Below are positions 11,386 through 23,799 of a stretch of DNA of 64,000 nt, one piece after another. The notes under the pieces were generated by a model, which ran no database searches, was not told the origin of the DNA, and worked only from the letters and a program-made list of their open reading frames with translations. Source of the DNA: Octopus vulgaris (taxonomy: Eukaryota); assembly GCA_951406725.2 (NCBI GenBank), contig OX597819.1, positions 73,904,001-73,968,000 on the forward strand, written 5' to 3'. Within the stretch, counting starts at the first letter, position 1. Each line of letters opens with the position of its first letter. Position numbers and translations under genes: made by a program.

Positions 11386-13357
11386 TGAAGTGGTATCAAA
11401 AAGTTCCGTCACTAGTTCTGTTTAATAAAAAAAATAACTTATTTACTTAACCTCATCTTCTTCGAAATAGTCCCCTTGCCCAGCACTACACTGGTCCCCG
11501 CATTTATGCCACTTTTGGAATCCGGTCTGGAAGTCGTCTTTCTGTAAGCGAGTCGAGGACCTTCTGCGATTCGCTCTGGATTTCAATAACGGTGTTAAAA
11601 CGGTGGCCTTTGAGCTGCATTTCCATGTTGGGGAAGAGATGAAAGTTCGCAGGTGCTAAATTTGGCAAATAATGCGGGTGCATGGTGCTTTGGGCGAGAA
11701 ACTCATGAGTGAGAAAAGCTCGGTTGACAGGGTGCATCGTCGTTATAAAGAATCCAATTCTTCGCGCTCCACAGATCTGGTCGTTTTCGCAGAATGTCCC
11801 CCTCTCAAACGCTTTAAATCATCGAAATGGAACTCTCGATTGACGGTCTGACCCGGGGGATGAATTCTCGATGCACAATACCGCGGAGGTCGAAAAATAT
11901 ACAAAAAAAAAAACAAAAAAAAAAAAACGATGAGCATGCTCTTGAGTGAGCTGAGGCTCTGTCATGCCTTCTTCGGTTGTGGAGATGAAGCCCTCTTCCA
12001 TTGTGATGACTGCTGCTTCGTCCCAGGGTCGTACCTATAGACCCAATTCTCATCACCGGTAATGATACACAACATGAAGGATGGGTCACCAGCGGCACAC
12101 TGACGTAGATCTTGACAGACTTTGACGCGATGTTCTTTCTGCTCAGTGATCAGGAAACGGGGAACAAACTTGGCAGTGACACGCCACATGTTCAATTCAG
12201 ACGTTCGGATTGCCTGCAAGAACTCATACAACAGACCAACAACATCAGCAATGTTGTAGATTGTCCTCCAACAATTCTCATTCACAAATTGATGGAATTT
12301 CTCCACATTTCCGGCTGTGATACTTGTGGCAGGTCTTCTAGGGTTGTTCTTCTGCTTTTGAAGCGCCTGTGCCACTCGAAATATTTATTTCTTTATTGCC
12401 CACAAGGGGTTAAACATAGAGGGGATAAACAAGGACAGACAAAGGGATTAAGTTGATTACATCGATCTCAGTGCGTAACTGGTACTTATTTAATCAATCT
12501 CGAAAGGATGAAAGGTAAAGTCAACCCCGAAAGGATGAAAGGTAAAGTTGACATCGGCAGAATTTGAACTCAGAATGTAATAGCAGACAAAATACCCTTT
12601 TCTTTATTACCAACAAGGGGTTAAACATTGAGGGGACAAACAAGGACAGACAAACGGATTAAGTCGATTACATCGACCCCAGTGCGTAACTAGTACTTAA
12701 TTTATCGACCCCGAAAGGATGAAAGGCAAAGTCGACCAGAACGTAACGGCAGACAAAATACCGCTAAGCACTTTGCCCGGCGTGCTAGCGATTCTGCCTG
12801 CTCGCAGCCCGAAATATTGCGAAATATTCTTTTCTACTCAAGGCACAAAGCCCGAAATTTTGGGGGAAGGGGCCAGTCGCAACTGGTATTTATGTAATCA
12901 ACTCCGAAAGGATGAAAGGTAAAGTCGACCTCGGCGGAATTTCAACTCAGAACGTAGCGACAGATGAAATACCACTAAGCACTTCGCTCAGCGTGCTAAC
13001 GATCCTGCCAGCTCGCCGCCTGAAATATTGCGAAATATTGCGTAAAACCTATGGCTTTATCGCCTTAAGCTTGCCGAAGCATAATCAATGTCTCTATAGC
13101 AGACTTTACAAGTTTAACGGTAAACTTCACATCCGCTCTTTGTTTCAACTTGCTGTCCATAACAAAATCGCAGATTACAGCATACATGTGATCACAAAAA
13201 GACAAATTTTACAACTTACGACTTAAGTAACACAGCGATGTCACTCGGCATACTGCTTCGGGATGTTCACTGCTAGATCTCACTGCGCACGCAACGGTGT
13301 GCTGCCATTTGTTGGCTCGCTACAGAACTAGTCCGGGAGCTTTTTGATACCACCTCG
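11386..13357 (-). mobile_element. Decayed full-length mariner DNA transposon, interrupted by SINEs at 12385-13020
   Basis: TIRs tgaagtggtatcaaaaagttcc...actagttctgt / acagaactagt...gctttttgataccacctcg with TA on both sides. Transposase pieces: MDSKLKQRADVKF (ATG at 13160), ITGDENWVYRYDP, HPHYLPNLAPANFHLFP. Confidence 0.92.
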
Positions 13358-13475
13358 TACGGATATACATATCACACACACATACACGTACGCACACTCA
13401 CACATATATATATATACTTGTGTGTAATACATATAAATATGAAGATAAAAAGATTGAACCCCACCACACACATAT

Positions 13476-13639
13476 AATTGTTAAACAGGACGTCAAACAT
13501 TAAGGCAAGGCAAACATCTCAAGTCATATATACAATATTATTATAGGAAGAAATTTTGAATTTCTTCCTATAATAATATTGTATATTATGACTTGAGATG
13601 TTTGCCTTGCATTAATGTTTGACGTCCTGTTTAACAATT
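13476..13639. repeat. Near-perfect palindrome, about 80-bp arms
   Basis: aattgttaaacaggacgtcaaac...ggaagaaatt / aatttcttcc...gtttgacgtcctgtttaacaatt, with 1-2 differences. Confidence 0.92.
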
Positions 13640-13800
13640 TTAGATCCGCTGCGTCGGAAATCTGCAATGGCTCCATAACTACCGTCTCGGCTATAACCTT
13701 GGAGCCCCAGTAATCCGTTACAGCACTTAACCTAGCGTAACTAAGCGTTTATGATCACCTGCGGACTAAACCTCAATACTATGTACATACATACGTAAAT

Positions 13801-13855
<55 letters not shown>

Positions 13856-14261
13856 GAGAGAGAGAGCGAGGAGAAAGAAAGAGAGGCAAAGACAGAAAGA
13901 GAGAGAGAGAGAAGGGAGACCGAGAAAAACAGAGAAATGGTAGACCCGGATTAAAACGGATGCAGGATAGCTCTTGGTGATATAGCAACACACATCTAGC
14001 GCTCCCCAAAACGCGCGCGCGCGTGTGTTAGTGTGTGTATCTGTGTCTGCATGTATATATCTGTGTCTGTATGTGTGTGTGTACGTACATATAATAAAAT
14101 AGATAAGTGGATATACGGAAAAAATTAGCCGGATTACAGGAAGTAGTCAGCATCATAACAAACCGAAAAATTGATGTATTTCATCTTTATGCTTATACAA
14201 GTGTGTGTCTGATTTCGTGCGCTCTTCATGTTAATACCTGTTTATTCGAGTATAAGTGTGT

Positions 14262-14326
<65 letters not shown>

Positions 14327-14584
14327 TGCGTGCGCATTCTTTTCATGCACATGAATTTTATGCATAATACATATGCATATATGGGTACAGGACGTCACGA
14401 AACGTATACAACATGAAATACGAAAACGACATGGATTACGAAATACGAAAACAGCATGAAATACAAAGGCGAACTTGGGTATCTGAACAACGAGAGAAAT
14501 GAATGGAAAACAAGTCAAGTAACAAAAAGAATGACCCTGTCAGCTGTTAATCTACTTCACATTTCGAGCAATTCACGACAAGTT

Positions 14585-15043
14585 GGAGGTGGAAATAGCA
14601 CAGAAGTAAATCTAAGATATTTCAATTTAAAAAGGAATTTGATAAAAATGATTTAAAATATTATATAAAGAAAATATTACCGGTTCAATGATGAATCTCA
14701 GCTTATCAGATATCAGTAAAAATTCATAAAAATTTGAAGTGAAAACAGTTTATCTTCTTCCTGGGAGTCAAAAACTGCCTGGAGATTTTTCTGGAGATTT
14801 TTCGAAGTCTGAACTCAATAGCAAACTATATTTACAGAAGACTTCAATGAACAATTTCCAGACGTTATTGACCTCCAGACTGTTTTTACTTGAAAGTTTT
14901 ATAATTTTTTACGGATATTTGATAAGATGAGATTCTTCATCGAAACAGTCAATATTTTCTTTATATATTTTTAAAAATCATTTTTATTAAATTCTTAAAT
15001 TGAAATGTCTTAGATTTATTACTGTGCTGTTATTTCCACCTCC
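14585..15043. repeat. Diverged long inverted repeat with a degenerate HHR in each arm
   Basis: ggaggtggaaatagcacag... versus ...ctgtgctgttatttccacctcc. HHR-like folds at 14915-14955(+, UUGAUAA..GAAACAGUC) and 14673-14714(-, CUGAUAA..GAACCGGUA). Confidence 0.8.
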
Positions 15044-15092
15044 ATCTTTTATATATAAATATTTGATTTGTATAGATGTCTAATATTTTTTC

Positions 15093-15176
<84 letters not shown>

Positions 15177-15265
15177 TGTTGAAATTTACAGAAAAACAAA
15201 AGACCAAGACAGGTGTATAAACAACAAGCAGGAGTATTAGTTTGACGCTCGGGAGAGTGAGAAAG

Positions 15266-15304
15266 TCCTTTACGTTTCGAGCCTACGCTCTTCAGCAGAA
15301 AGGA
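15266..15304 (-). ncRNA. Minimal type I HHR, family B (core CUGCUGA)
   Basis: CCUUU-CUGCUGA-A-GAGC GUAG GCUC-GAAAC GUA-AAGG. Confidence 0.7.
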
Positions 15305-15387
15305 ATACGAAAAAATAAACAGGAATAGAATAAAAGAATATATATATATATATATATCTTGTGCATGGCGACTTTTGAATCACCCTG

Positions 15388-15463
<76 letters not shown>

Positions 15464-15682
15464 TAAAAATTAGGGAAGTTATTTCCGAGTCCACAGGGAA
15501 GAGAAATTCAATTTAGTGCTAATGAAATGAATTACTCGCTCTATTATATACATATATACAACTAGAAACATTTTTGTTCCTTTTTTAGTAATGAAAAATT
15601 ATTTCTACGATTTCTAGTTGTATAATTTTTATTGTCATGTCTTTATACTGGATGTAAATTGTAAAATAGTTTTATATAATCC

Positions 15683-15784
15683 GGACCTGAAGATTGGCAG
15701 TATAGTCGGATTGATATGGCATTGAATTTCGAGACCTATTTCAGCAATACCGATAGATATATTGTCATGAAACGCGCGTAGTCT
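15683..15784 (+). ncRNA. Type I hammerhead ribozyme, intact core, long stem II
   Basis: GGAC-CUGAAGA-U-[UGGCAGUAUA/UAUAUUGUCA]-U-GAAAC GCGC GUA-GUCU. Confidence 0.85.
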
Positions 15785-15923
15785 ATATAATTTAATATAG
15801 GATTCAGAATAAGAATTGTAGATATTGATTTTAATAAAATTTAATCTTATATATCACTATCATAGATAATGTCGTTCAATGTTGATTGAGTTGCTTGAAG
15901 GTGGTTTTCTTTCTCTCTCTCTA

Positions 15924-15959
<36 letters not shown>

Positions 15960-16064
15960 AGGCAAAAGGACAACAAAACCCAGGCAAGACGAGTATTTCA
16001 AGTCATTTAGAATATCTAATTACAGTTAGGTGAATTTGAGGTAATTAACTAATTAATTATTGGA

Positions 16065-16135
16065 TGTCTTACAGCTGTTTCTGGGATATTCTAAGTGATA
16101 AATTAGCATCTCTAGGTATCCTGTCATCAGAGACA
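16065..16135 (-). ncRNA. Type I hammerhead ribozyme, canonical CUGAUGA core
   Basis: Minus strand: UGUCU-CUGAUGA-[GGAUA../..UAUCC]-GAAAC AGCU GUA-AGACA, with a 5-bp stem I. Confidence 0.88.
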
Positions 16136-16254
16136 AGGTGAGTATGTCTCCCGTCTGTATTCTTCTATCTCTTGTTTTACTCCATTATAATTCGTGAATT
16201 CCCTGTCCAGAACTTTCATACATACCCACTTTGCCTCTGTTGACAGAATACCCA

Positions 16255-16331
<77 letters not shown>

Positions 16332-16402
16332 TGGAATTTACAAAAAAACAAAACAAAACAAAAGACGGCTGTATTAGTTTAACGCTCGGGAAGTGAAACA
16401 GT

Positions 16403-16438
16403 CTTTTACTTTTCGAGCCTACGCTCTTCAACAGAAAG
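16403..16438 (-). ncRNA. Minimal type I HHR, family B (core CUGUUGA)
   Basis: CUUU-CUGUUGA-A-GAGC GUAG GCUC-GAAAA GUA-AAAG. Confidence 0.65.
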
Positions 16439-16505
16439 GAACACAGAAATAAACAGGAAGAGAAAATAAAAAAAGGTTTAGTGGATATCGATCAATCATG
16501 CTCCG

Positions 16506-16606
16506 TATTTTTGAAATACTATAACTGAGGAGAGTTTAAGTGATGTCCGCATGTTCCTATTATATATCACTCAAATCTGAAACATATATTAAAGGATTTC
16601 AAAATA
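16506..16606 (+). ncRNA. Type I hammerhead ribozyme (CUGAGGA core, long stem I)
   Basis: UUUUGAAAUaCUAUAA-CUGAGGA-[UUUAAGUGAU/AUCACUCAAA]-GAAAC AUA UA-UUAAAGgAUUUCAAAA. Confidence 0.75.
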
Positions 16607-16652
16607 TCTCTGTTTTGGTTCGACTTCATTATTACAACTATATATATATTTA

Positions 16653-16728
<76 letters not shown>

Positions 16729-16761
16729 TATATATATATACACACACACATATATATATAT

Positions 16762-17068
16762 GTGGAGGCGCAATGGCCTAGTGGTTAGGGCAGCGGACTC
16801 GCGGTCGTAGGATCGCGGTTTCGATTCCCAGACCGGGCGTTGTGAGTGTTTATTGAGCGAAAACACCTAAAAAAGCTCCACGAGGCTCCGACAGGGGGTG
16901 GTGATCCCTGCTATACTCCTTCACCACTCTTTCTCTCACTCTTTCTTCTGTTTGCCTGCTCGCTTAGCCAGCGGGGTGGCGTTTATCGAAGGCTAAAACA
17001 ATGCGAACGCATTGTGACCAGCGATGCGTAACAACATCTGATGGACTGGTCGTTCACGTGATCACGTG
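16762..17068 (+). mobile_element. tRNA-derived SINE (family C)
   Basis: tggcctagtggttagg A box and ggtttcgattccc B box. Its 3' tail is shared with 39055-39160. Confidence 0.8.
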
Positions 17069-17077
17069 ATATATACA

Positions 17078-17124
<47 letters not shown>

Positions 17125-17169
17125 GTATATACATACATATGTATATATGTATATATATACATATATATT

Positions 17170-17203
<34 letters not shown>

Positions 17204-17218
17204 AATATATACATACAC

Positions 17219-19853
17219 TGCCTTATAAAAATAGAAGTTCTAATCACATTAGAACAACACATAAGTGTACTTCTTATGGGAGACTTCAATCTACCCAATG
17301 TCAGATGGCCCGAGGGCCTTTCTCTCCCAGGAATGACACGATGTGAACGAGGACAGGCGAGGTCCCTCCTGAACCTCATCAACACCCTGTACATGGAGCA
17401 AGTAATACATCAACTAACCAGGGCAGGTAACATACTGGATCTCTGCTTCACAAATAATATGAATCTCATCCATAATGTGAAAGTGACACCGACACTACTC
17501 TCGGATCACAACATGGTAGAGCTGACCATGTATGGGCCAAAGGAAAGCATGGACATGCAGCCTATAAGAAACTCTCAGAATCTTTCCAGCTTGAACTTCC
17601 ATAAGGCAAACTGGAAACAAATTCAGAAAGAGATCCTCAAACAAAACTGGCCTGAATGTCTCTCCTCGCCAGACATCGACATGAAACTTCAACAATTCAT
17701 GTCTGTAATGCAAGCCATATACTACAAATGTGCCCCAGAGAGAAAGGCCACTGCACACAAGAACAAAATCCCCAGAGAGAGGAAAATTCTAATGAGACGG
17801 CGTACAAAAGTTTCAAATCGCCTAAACAAACAAATTGAAAGCAGTGAAAAGTCCCGCCTGAAAATAAAACTGTTGGAAATTGAAAAATGTCTGCAACTCT
17901 CCCATGAAAAGGAAAGAGCAGACAAAGAAGCCTGGGCTATAGACAACATAAAATCTAACCCCAGAGCTTTCTACAGGTATGCCAAAGAAACAGCTATGGT
18001 GCACTGTAGGATAGGGCTACTCCTTGAAAAGGATGGCACACTCACAGGAAATCCAATGAGGGTAAGTGAAATACTAAATGAGCAATTCAAGAGTGTTTTC
18101 ACTCCACCCCTTGGGCATTTCCAAGTCAGCAATCCAACTAACTTCTTTACCACTGCAGGTATAAAATCAGAGGCAGCGATGATTGATTACATCAACATAA
18201 AAGAAGACGATGTAATAAAGGCTATAGATGAAATGAAAACAAACTCAGCTACTGGCCCAGATGGATCCCCAGCAATCCTTCTAAAAGTATGTAAGAGAGT
18301 CCTAGCAAGACCACTGCAGTTCCTCTTTCAGAGCTTCCTTGCAACTGGCAAACTTCCAAAAAAACTGAAGGAAGGTAAAATATGCCCTATTCATAAAGGA
18401 GGTAGCAGAGCGGAGGCCAAGAACTACAGACTTATCTCTCTGACCTCACACATCAGCAAGGTCATGGAACGAATAGCCAGAAGGAAACTAATCACCTTCC
18501 TTGAAGAAAATGACTTGCTGCCTGACACCCAACATGGTTTCCGACCAGGAAGAAGCTGCTTAACTCAGCTCCTACAACACTATGACTGGGTGCTGAAACG
18601 ACTGCTCAACCACTCAAATGTGGAGGTCATATATCTCGACTTTGCAAAGGCCTTTGATAAAGTCGATCATGGAATGATATGTCACAAACTGCGTGATTTT
18701 GGCATAGTTGGAAAATTGGGAGAATAGCTTCATGACTTTCTGAAGGATAGAAGTCAGGTGGTAGTTGCCAATGGGGCCATTTCCATTAACACGCAAATAG
18801 TGAGCGGTGTTTCGCAGTGCACTGTTTTGGGACCACTACTGTTCATAATGGCCCTCTCAGACATGCCCTCAGCCACGCAGAGAGCCACGATCACAAGTTA
18901 TGCAGATGATACAAAAGTTTCACAGGCAATACAGAACCCTGAAGACACTAAGCACCTGCAATGTGAGCTGGACAAAATATACAAGTGGGCTGAAAAGAAT
19001 AGCATGCAGTTCAATGCTGAAAAAGTTCAAGCTTTATGCTATCAGCATGCAAAACTAAATGCAATACCCAATGTATACACTGGACCTGGAGGGATTGCAA
19101 TCCCGGAGGCACAATCAGTGCATGACCTGGGTATTTACATGAGTGATGACGCAACCTTTCATGTACATGTTGCTAAATTGGCAATGAAATGTAGGCGGCT
19201 GGCCGGATGGATTCTTGGAACCTTTAGAACAAGAGAACAAGAAACCATGATGGTCCTCTGGAGGACACTTGTCCTAAGCCACTTTGACTATTGCTCTCAG
19301 CTATGGTCACCATCCAGTGTCAAGTTGATCACAGAACTTGAGGTGATCCAACGAAGCTACACGAAGAAGATAGCCTCTGTGCTGCATATAAGCTACTGGG
19401 AAAGACTCAAGAGATTAAGATTCTATTCCTTAGAGCGTAGGCGAGAAAGATATGCCATAATATACATCTGGAAGATCCTAGAAGGACTTGTCCCAAACTT
19501 TGGCATCGAGAGTTACACAAATGCCAGAACTGGGCGCCACTGCGTGGTGCCAAGGACTCCGAATTTGCCATCAAGATGTAGGACAAGATACTGTGATAGC
19601 CTGGGCTTCAGAGGCCCACAGCTCTTCAATATCCTCCCGAAGAACCTGAGGGACCTGCATGGGGTGGATGCAGATGTCTTTAAAGTAGGACTTCACGGCA
19701 GGAGGTGCAGATGAGGGCAGTTGCATCGAACTCCCTCATGCGCCAAATGGCAGTTCCTAAAAAGCATTCGTGAAGTAAAATCATGTAGCAACACCAAATG
19801 GCGGTGCCTCAGCATGGCCACAGCTCGTGAGCTGAAACTAGATAAAAAAAAAA
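17219..19853 (+). mobile_element. 5'-truncated CR1-group LINE: APE C-terminus plus RT, one in-frame stop at 18725-18727
   Basis: GDFNLP, LDLCFTN, SDH (APE); QHGFRPGRSC, YLDFAKAFDKVDH, YADDTK (RT); SLERRRERY. The two ORFs are in the same frame. Ends in an A-rich tail. Confidence 0.95.
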
Positions 19854-19890
19854 TACACACATATATATATATTACTATACACACACACAT

Positions 19891-19952
<62 letters not shown>

Positions 19953-20369
19953 TCCTATCATTATTTAAGTCATTTGGTTTACGTTAGCTTTCAGGACTAT
20001 TTTGAATTTGGATATTGTTTACTTTTTGTATTTAGTAAAAAATACTTTTCGTATTTGTCTGGGAGATGCAACCTACCTTGCATATCTAAAATGTATATAC
20101 ATACGTACATACATACATATATACGTACATACATTCATACATGCATACACACATACATACATTTATCAATTCATGTATTATTTCATTCATAGACATACAT
20201 ATATGCACAGATACATATATTCAACCAAGCATAATGCATACATACATACATACATACATACATACATAATACATACATACATACATACATACATACATGC
20301 ATGCATGCATGCATACATGCATACATACATACATACATACATACATACATACATACATACATACATACA

Positions 20370-20400
<31 letters not shown>

Positions 20401-20561
20401 CAGGGCAGAAAGAACCGTCGCTGAGCCGGGCACTGCCTGAGGACCCGGAGCTCTGAGGGGCCTGCACTCTACTTGTTAACGCTACTAAAACACATATTCA
20501 TAGGGGCTTGGTAAACAGTTATACCCGAGGGCTCTTAATACTCTCAGTCCGCCCCTGGTAC

Positions 20562-20614
<53 letters not shown>

Positions 20615-20639
20615 CTTACATAAATACATTCATACGTAT

Positions 20640-20725
<86 letters not shown>

Positions 20726-20899
20726 TCATTCATACATAAAGAAAACAGCTACACACGATGTTGGCCATATTGAGACCGACGCGTCAAAAGAATATTGGTG
20801 AAACTTAAAAATTGAAACAGCCACGAAATTAAAACAACCGACCAGATATTTTTTGTGTAAGATCACGAAGAGAAGTTGTGTTCTTTGTGAAAATTAGCT

Positions 20900-21210
20900 G
20901 CCCTCTGGACAGCAATGTGGTTAGAAAAATACGAAAGAAACAGGACATTTAGGGACTATTGCTAATCCGGCATCCAACATACACTTTTAGTTTCATACCT
21001 AGTTTTATTGTAGCAATATACATACTAAGCTGCCTGAACTTGGGGTCTTGGAGAGAGAACGCAAATCATTATTTCATGCACAACAAATGATCATGATATC
21101 TGGAACAATAAAGATCTACGAGGCCTTCTTTAAGATTTAAAGGACGATGAACAAAACAAGAGGCTTTCCTTTACAACCCTGCTACCAAGCAGGTGGCCGG
21201 TCAAAATTTA
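20900..21210 (+). mobile_element. Degenerate R4/Dong-type LINE 3' end
   Basis: LLIRHPTYTFSFIP and SGTIKI segments resemble the C-terminus of the RLE ORF at 42200-42400. Confidence 0.45.
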
Positions 21211-22193
21211 TTCTGCATTCAAACTCATTGATATTCAAACACATGGATGTTCAAACACATACTTAAAACATTCATACACAGGAATATATACATACGCTAA
21301 TACATACACTCACATACATATAAAAGCATGAATGAATATATAAATAACTCCCTCCCTCCCTCTCTCTCCCTCTCCACCTCTCTCTGCTCACATAAGAATA
21401 TACCATTGCTTAATTTTGACATAAAACATTGATTTTTACAAAAATTACAACCACCACATTAATAGCTATTTTCAACACTTACCTTTTTATGAAATAATAA
21501 ACCCTAAATCACCTTCAAAAAAGCACAGACAAATGACGAAGAATAAATAACAAAGTAAGGAATTCCTTCCTCTTATCGAATGTAAATAATAATCCAGTTG
21601 GCTGTTTTTCTTATCTCGTAATTCTTCTTTTAAGTCGTTCATTAACCTCGGCAGACGATAGCGCAAAGACAAAACTAAGATGGCGCCTCTGTCCAATTAC
21701 ATTGTGAAGCAGAAATATAACTAACTCTACCTTGTGTTTAAATCATGGACAACTCACGAAGAAGACTACAGAGATGACACTCATTGTTACTGCTTAGCTT
21801 GGAGGATTATTAGCTCTCTTAATCCTCATTATTTACTTATATCTATTCTCCTCTCTCTCACATTCACTCACACGTTCTCATCTCTTTCTCTCTCCCCGTT
21901 CTCTCTCTCTCTCTCTCCCTCTCTCTCTCTCCACACACATACACACATGCTGGTGCATGTTTGTATATGCGGCTTTGTGTGTTTAGTGTGCGTATTTCTG
22001 TATGCGTGTGTGTGTGTGTATGTGCGTGCTTGTAAGTGTATGTTCTCGTCTATGTGTGTAGTGTGCGTATTTGTGTATGTATGTGTGTGTGTGTTTGTGT
22101 GTTCGTGTTCGTGTGTGTGCATGTGTGCGTGTCTCTGTGTGTGCGTTCTTGTAAGTGCATGTTGTTGTGTATGTGTGTATGGTCGTGTGCTGA

Positions 22194-22228
<35 letters not shown>

Positions 22229-22632
22229 TTGCATATATGAAATGCTTAACCGTCACTCGCAAGCGAGTAAACCTGGTAACTTTCCTAATCGTTCTAGGTG
22301 CCTTTGTAGTCGCGAACAGACGTATGCACCCTCTCGGCCCTCTCTGTATTGACCTAGCGGAATATCGAGGATGTTACAACTGGAGCGAGCAACAGTTGTA
22401 CCAGTTATTAGTTGGTACTCATTTTCAGCCTTGCAGACTGAAGCAACGTAGCTAGAGCCAGTTAACAAAAAGAAAACAAAACAAAAGAACCCCCTCTCCA
22501 GTTATGCTTGCTTTGGCATTATTTTCGATACCATCTTCGTATATTTTGATAATTTTATTCTTTGGCGCTAAACATGGTTACCTATGACTAGGAATTTTAA
22601 GATTTTTGCAGTGAGTAATATATATATGTATG

Positions 22633-22692
<60 letters not shown>

Positions 22693-23574
22693 TAAAGGGT
22701 GAAATATAATTAATTTAATAAAATCAATAAATTTCACCTAGTAGTATTTCGGTATGGAAAGGACCATATTCGGTAAAAATTTATATAATTATAATAAAAG
22801 GTTTTTTGCAATAAGTTGCTTAAACCACATACCGAAAATATTAGAAATAGCAGTCAAAGGGCTACTATTACTATTACTACAAAAATAAGTCTCCGCAAAC
22901 AACAGCCTTTGTAACTAATATATATATATTATATTTTTGGTGCGAATGGTCTTTTATTACGGTGCCGTGATTTACAATCCAGTAGATAATAATAATGGGA
23001 TTTTTATAAAGGCTTAAAGCTTATGGTGATCACCGTGCAATGACTAAGGAGAATAGTCTAATAAAGGGGCATATTAGCCCTCGAGAGAAAAAAAGGCTTT
23101 CCTATCCGCATGGATTTGTTTACTTCCCAAAGCGTAGATATCGCAAACTGTAGGGGAAGAACATTAAGTTTATGTTAGATTTTCTCATAGACGCAGTTTG
23201 CGAATAAAAAAAAAACAAACTTGGTAAATATTTAATCAGGCCACCAATTAATGCACGAAATGCAAATTTGCTTAGTCATTTCAGTTAATATTTTGTTTGT
23301 AACTGATTTAAATAGCAATTGCTATCAATTTCTCTGTATTAATTATTTTCTTAATTATTATACTATTTGTTCATTCCTCTTGTACTAGAGTATAAATACT
23401 TTGACGTAGGGACTGAACTCACGCCCTCCAGATAAGCTATAGCACTCAATTCTAGTCATGAATGATAATTTACTTTAAAAGTAATTTCTTATTGATAATT
23501 TTTGTCATTGATATATTTTCTTAAGTAGCAGCTCTCCTATAATGTTCATGGCTTTTTTTTTTTTAAATGAGGTA

Positions 23575-23790
23575 TCATCCAGTCAAACTGATTGCCCGGG
23601 CCAGCCTGACTATCCCCTCTCCATCCCCCCGATCTTCCATTAGTGTTTTTAAGTCTTCAACTTGGCATCCAACATCTTCTACACGTTGTTGTATATACGT
23701 CTTCCGTGGTCTTCCAGCCACTGTGGTACCATGATTTGGTGCCCACAGCAACACATTACTCACAAGTTCTTCTTTTTCTGGTGCAAGAGA
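23575..23790 (-). pseudogene. RTE-clade LINE C-terminal fragment
   Basis: ELVSNVLLWAPNHG..GRPRKTYIQQ..EDVG..DL..LMEDR. Confidence 0.75.
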
Positions 23791-23799
23791 GGCACTGGT

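Noticed and set aside
16762-16835. tRNA gene
   Set aside because: A/B boxes are present but there is no proper acceptor stem, and it continues into a SINE body.
17066-17218. N-terminal part of the 553-aa ORF
   Set aside because: Microsatellite read-through upstream of the LINE truncation point.
22740-22960. Weak inverted repeat after a (TA)n tract
   Set aside because: AT-rich and highly diverged; no ribozyme core found.
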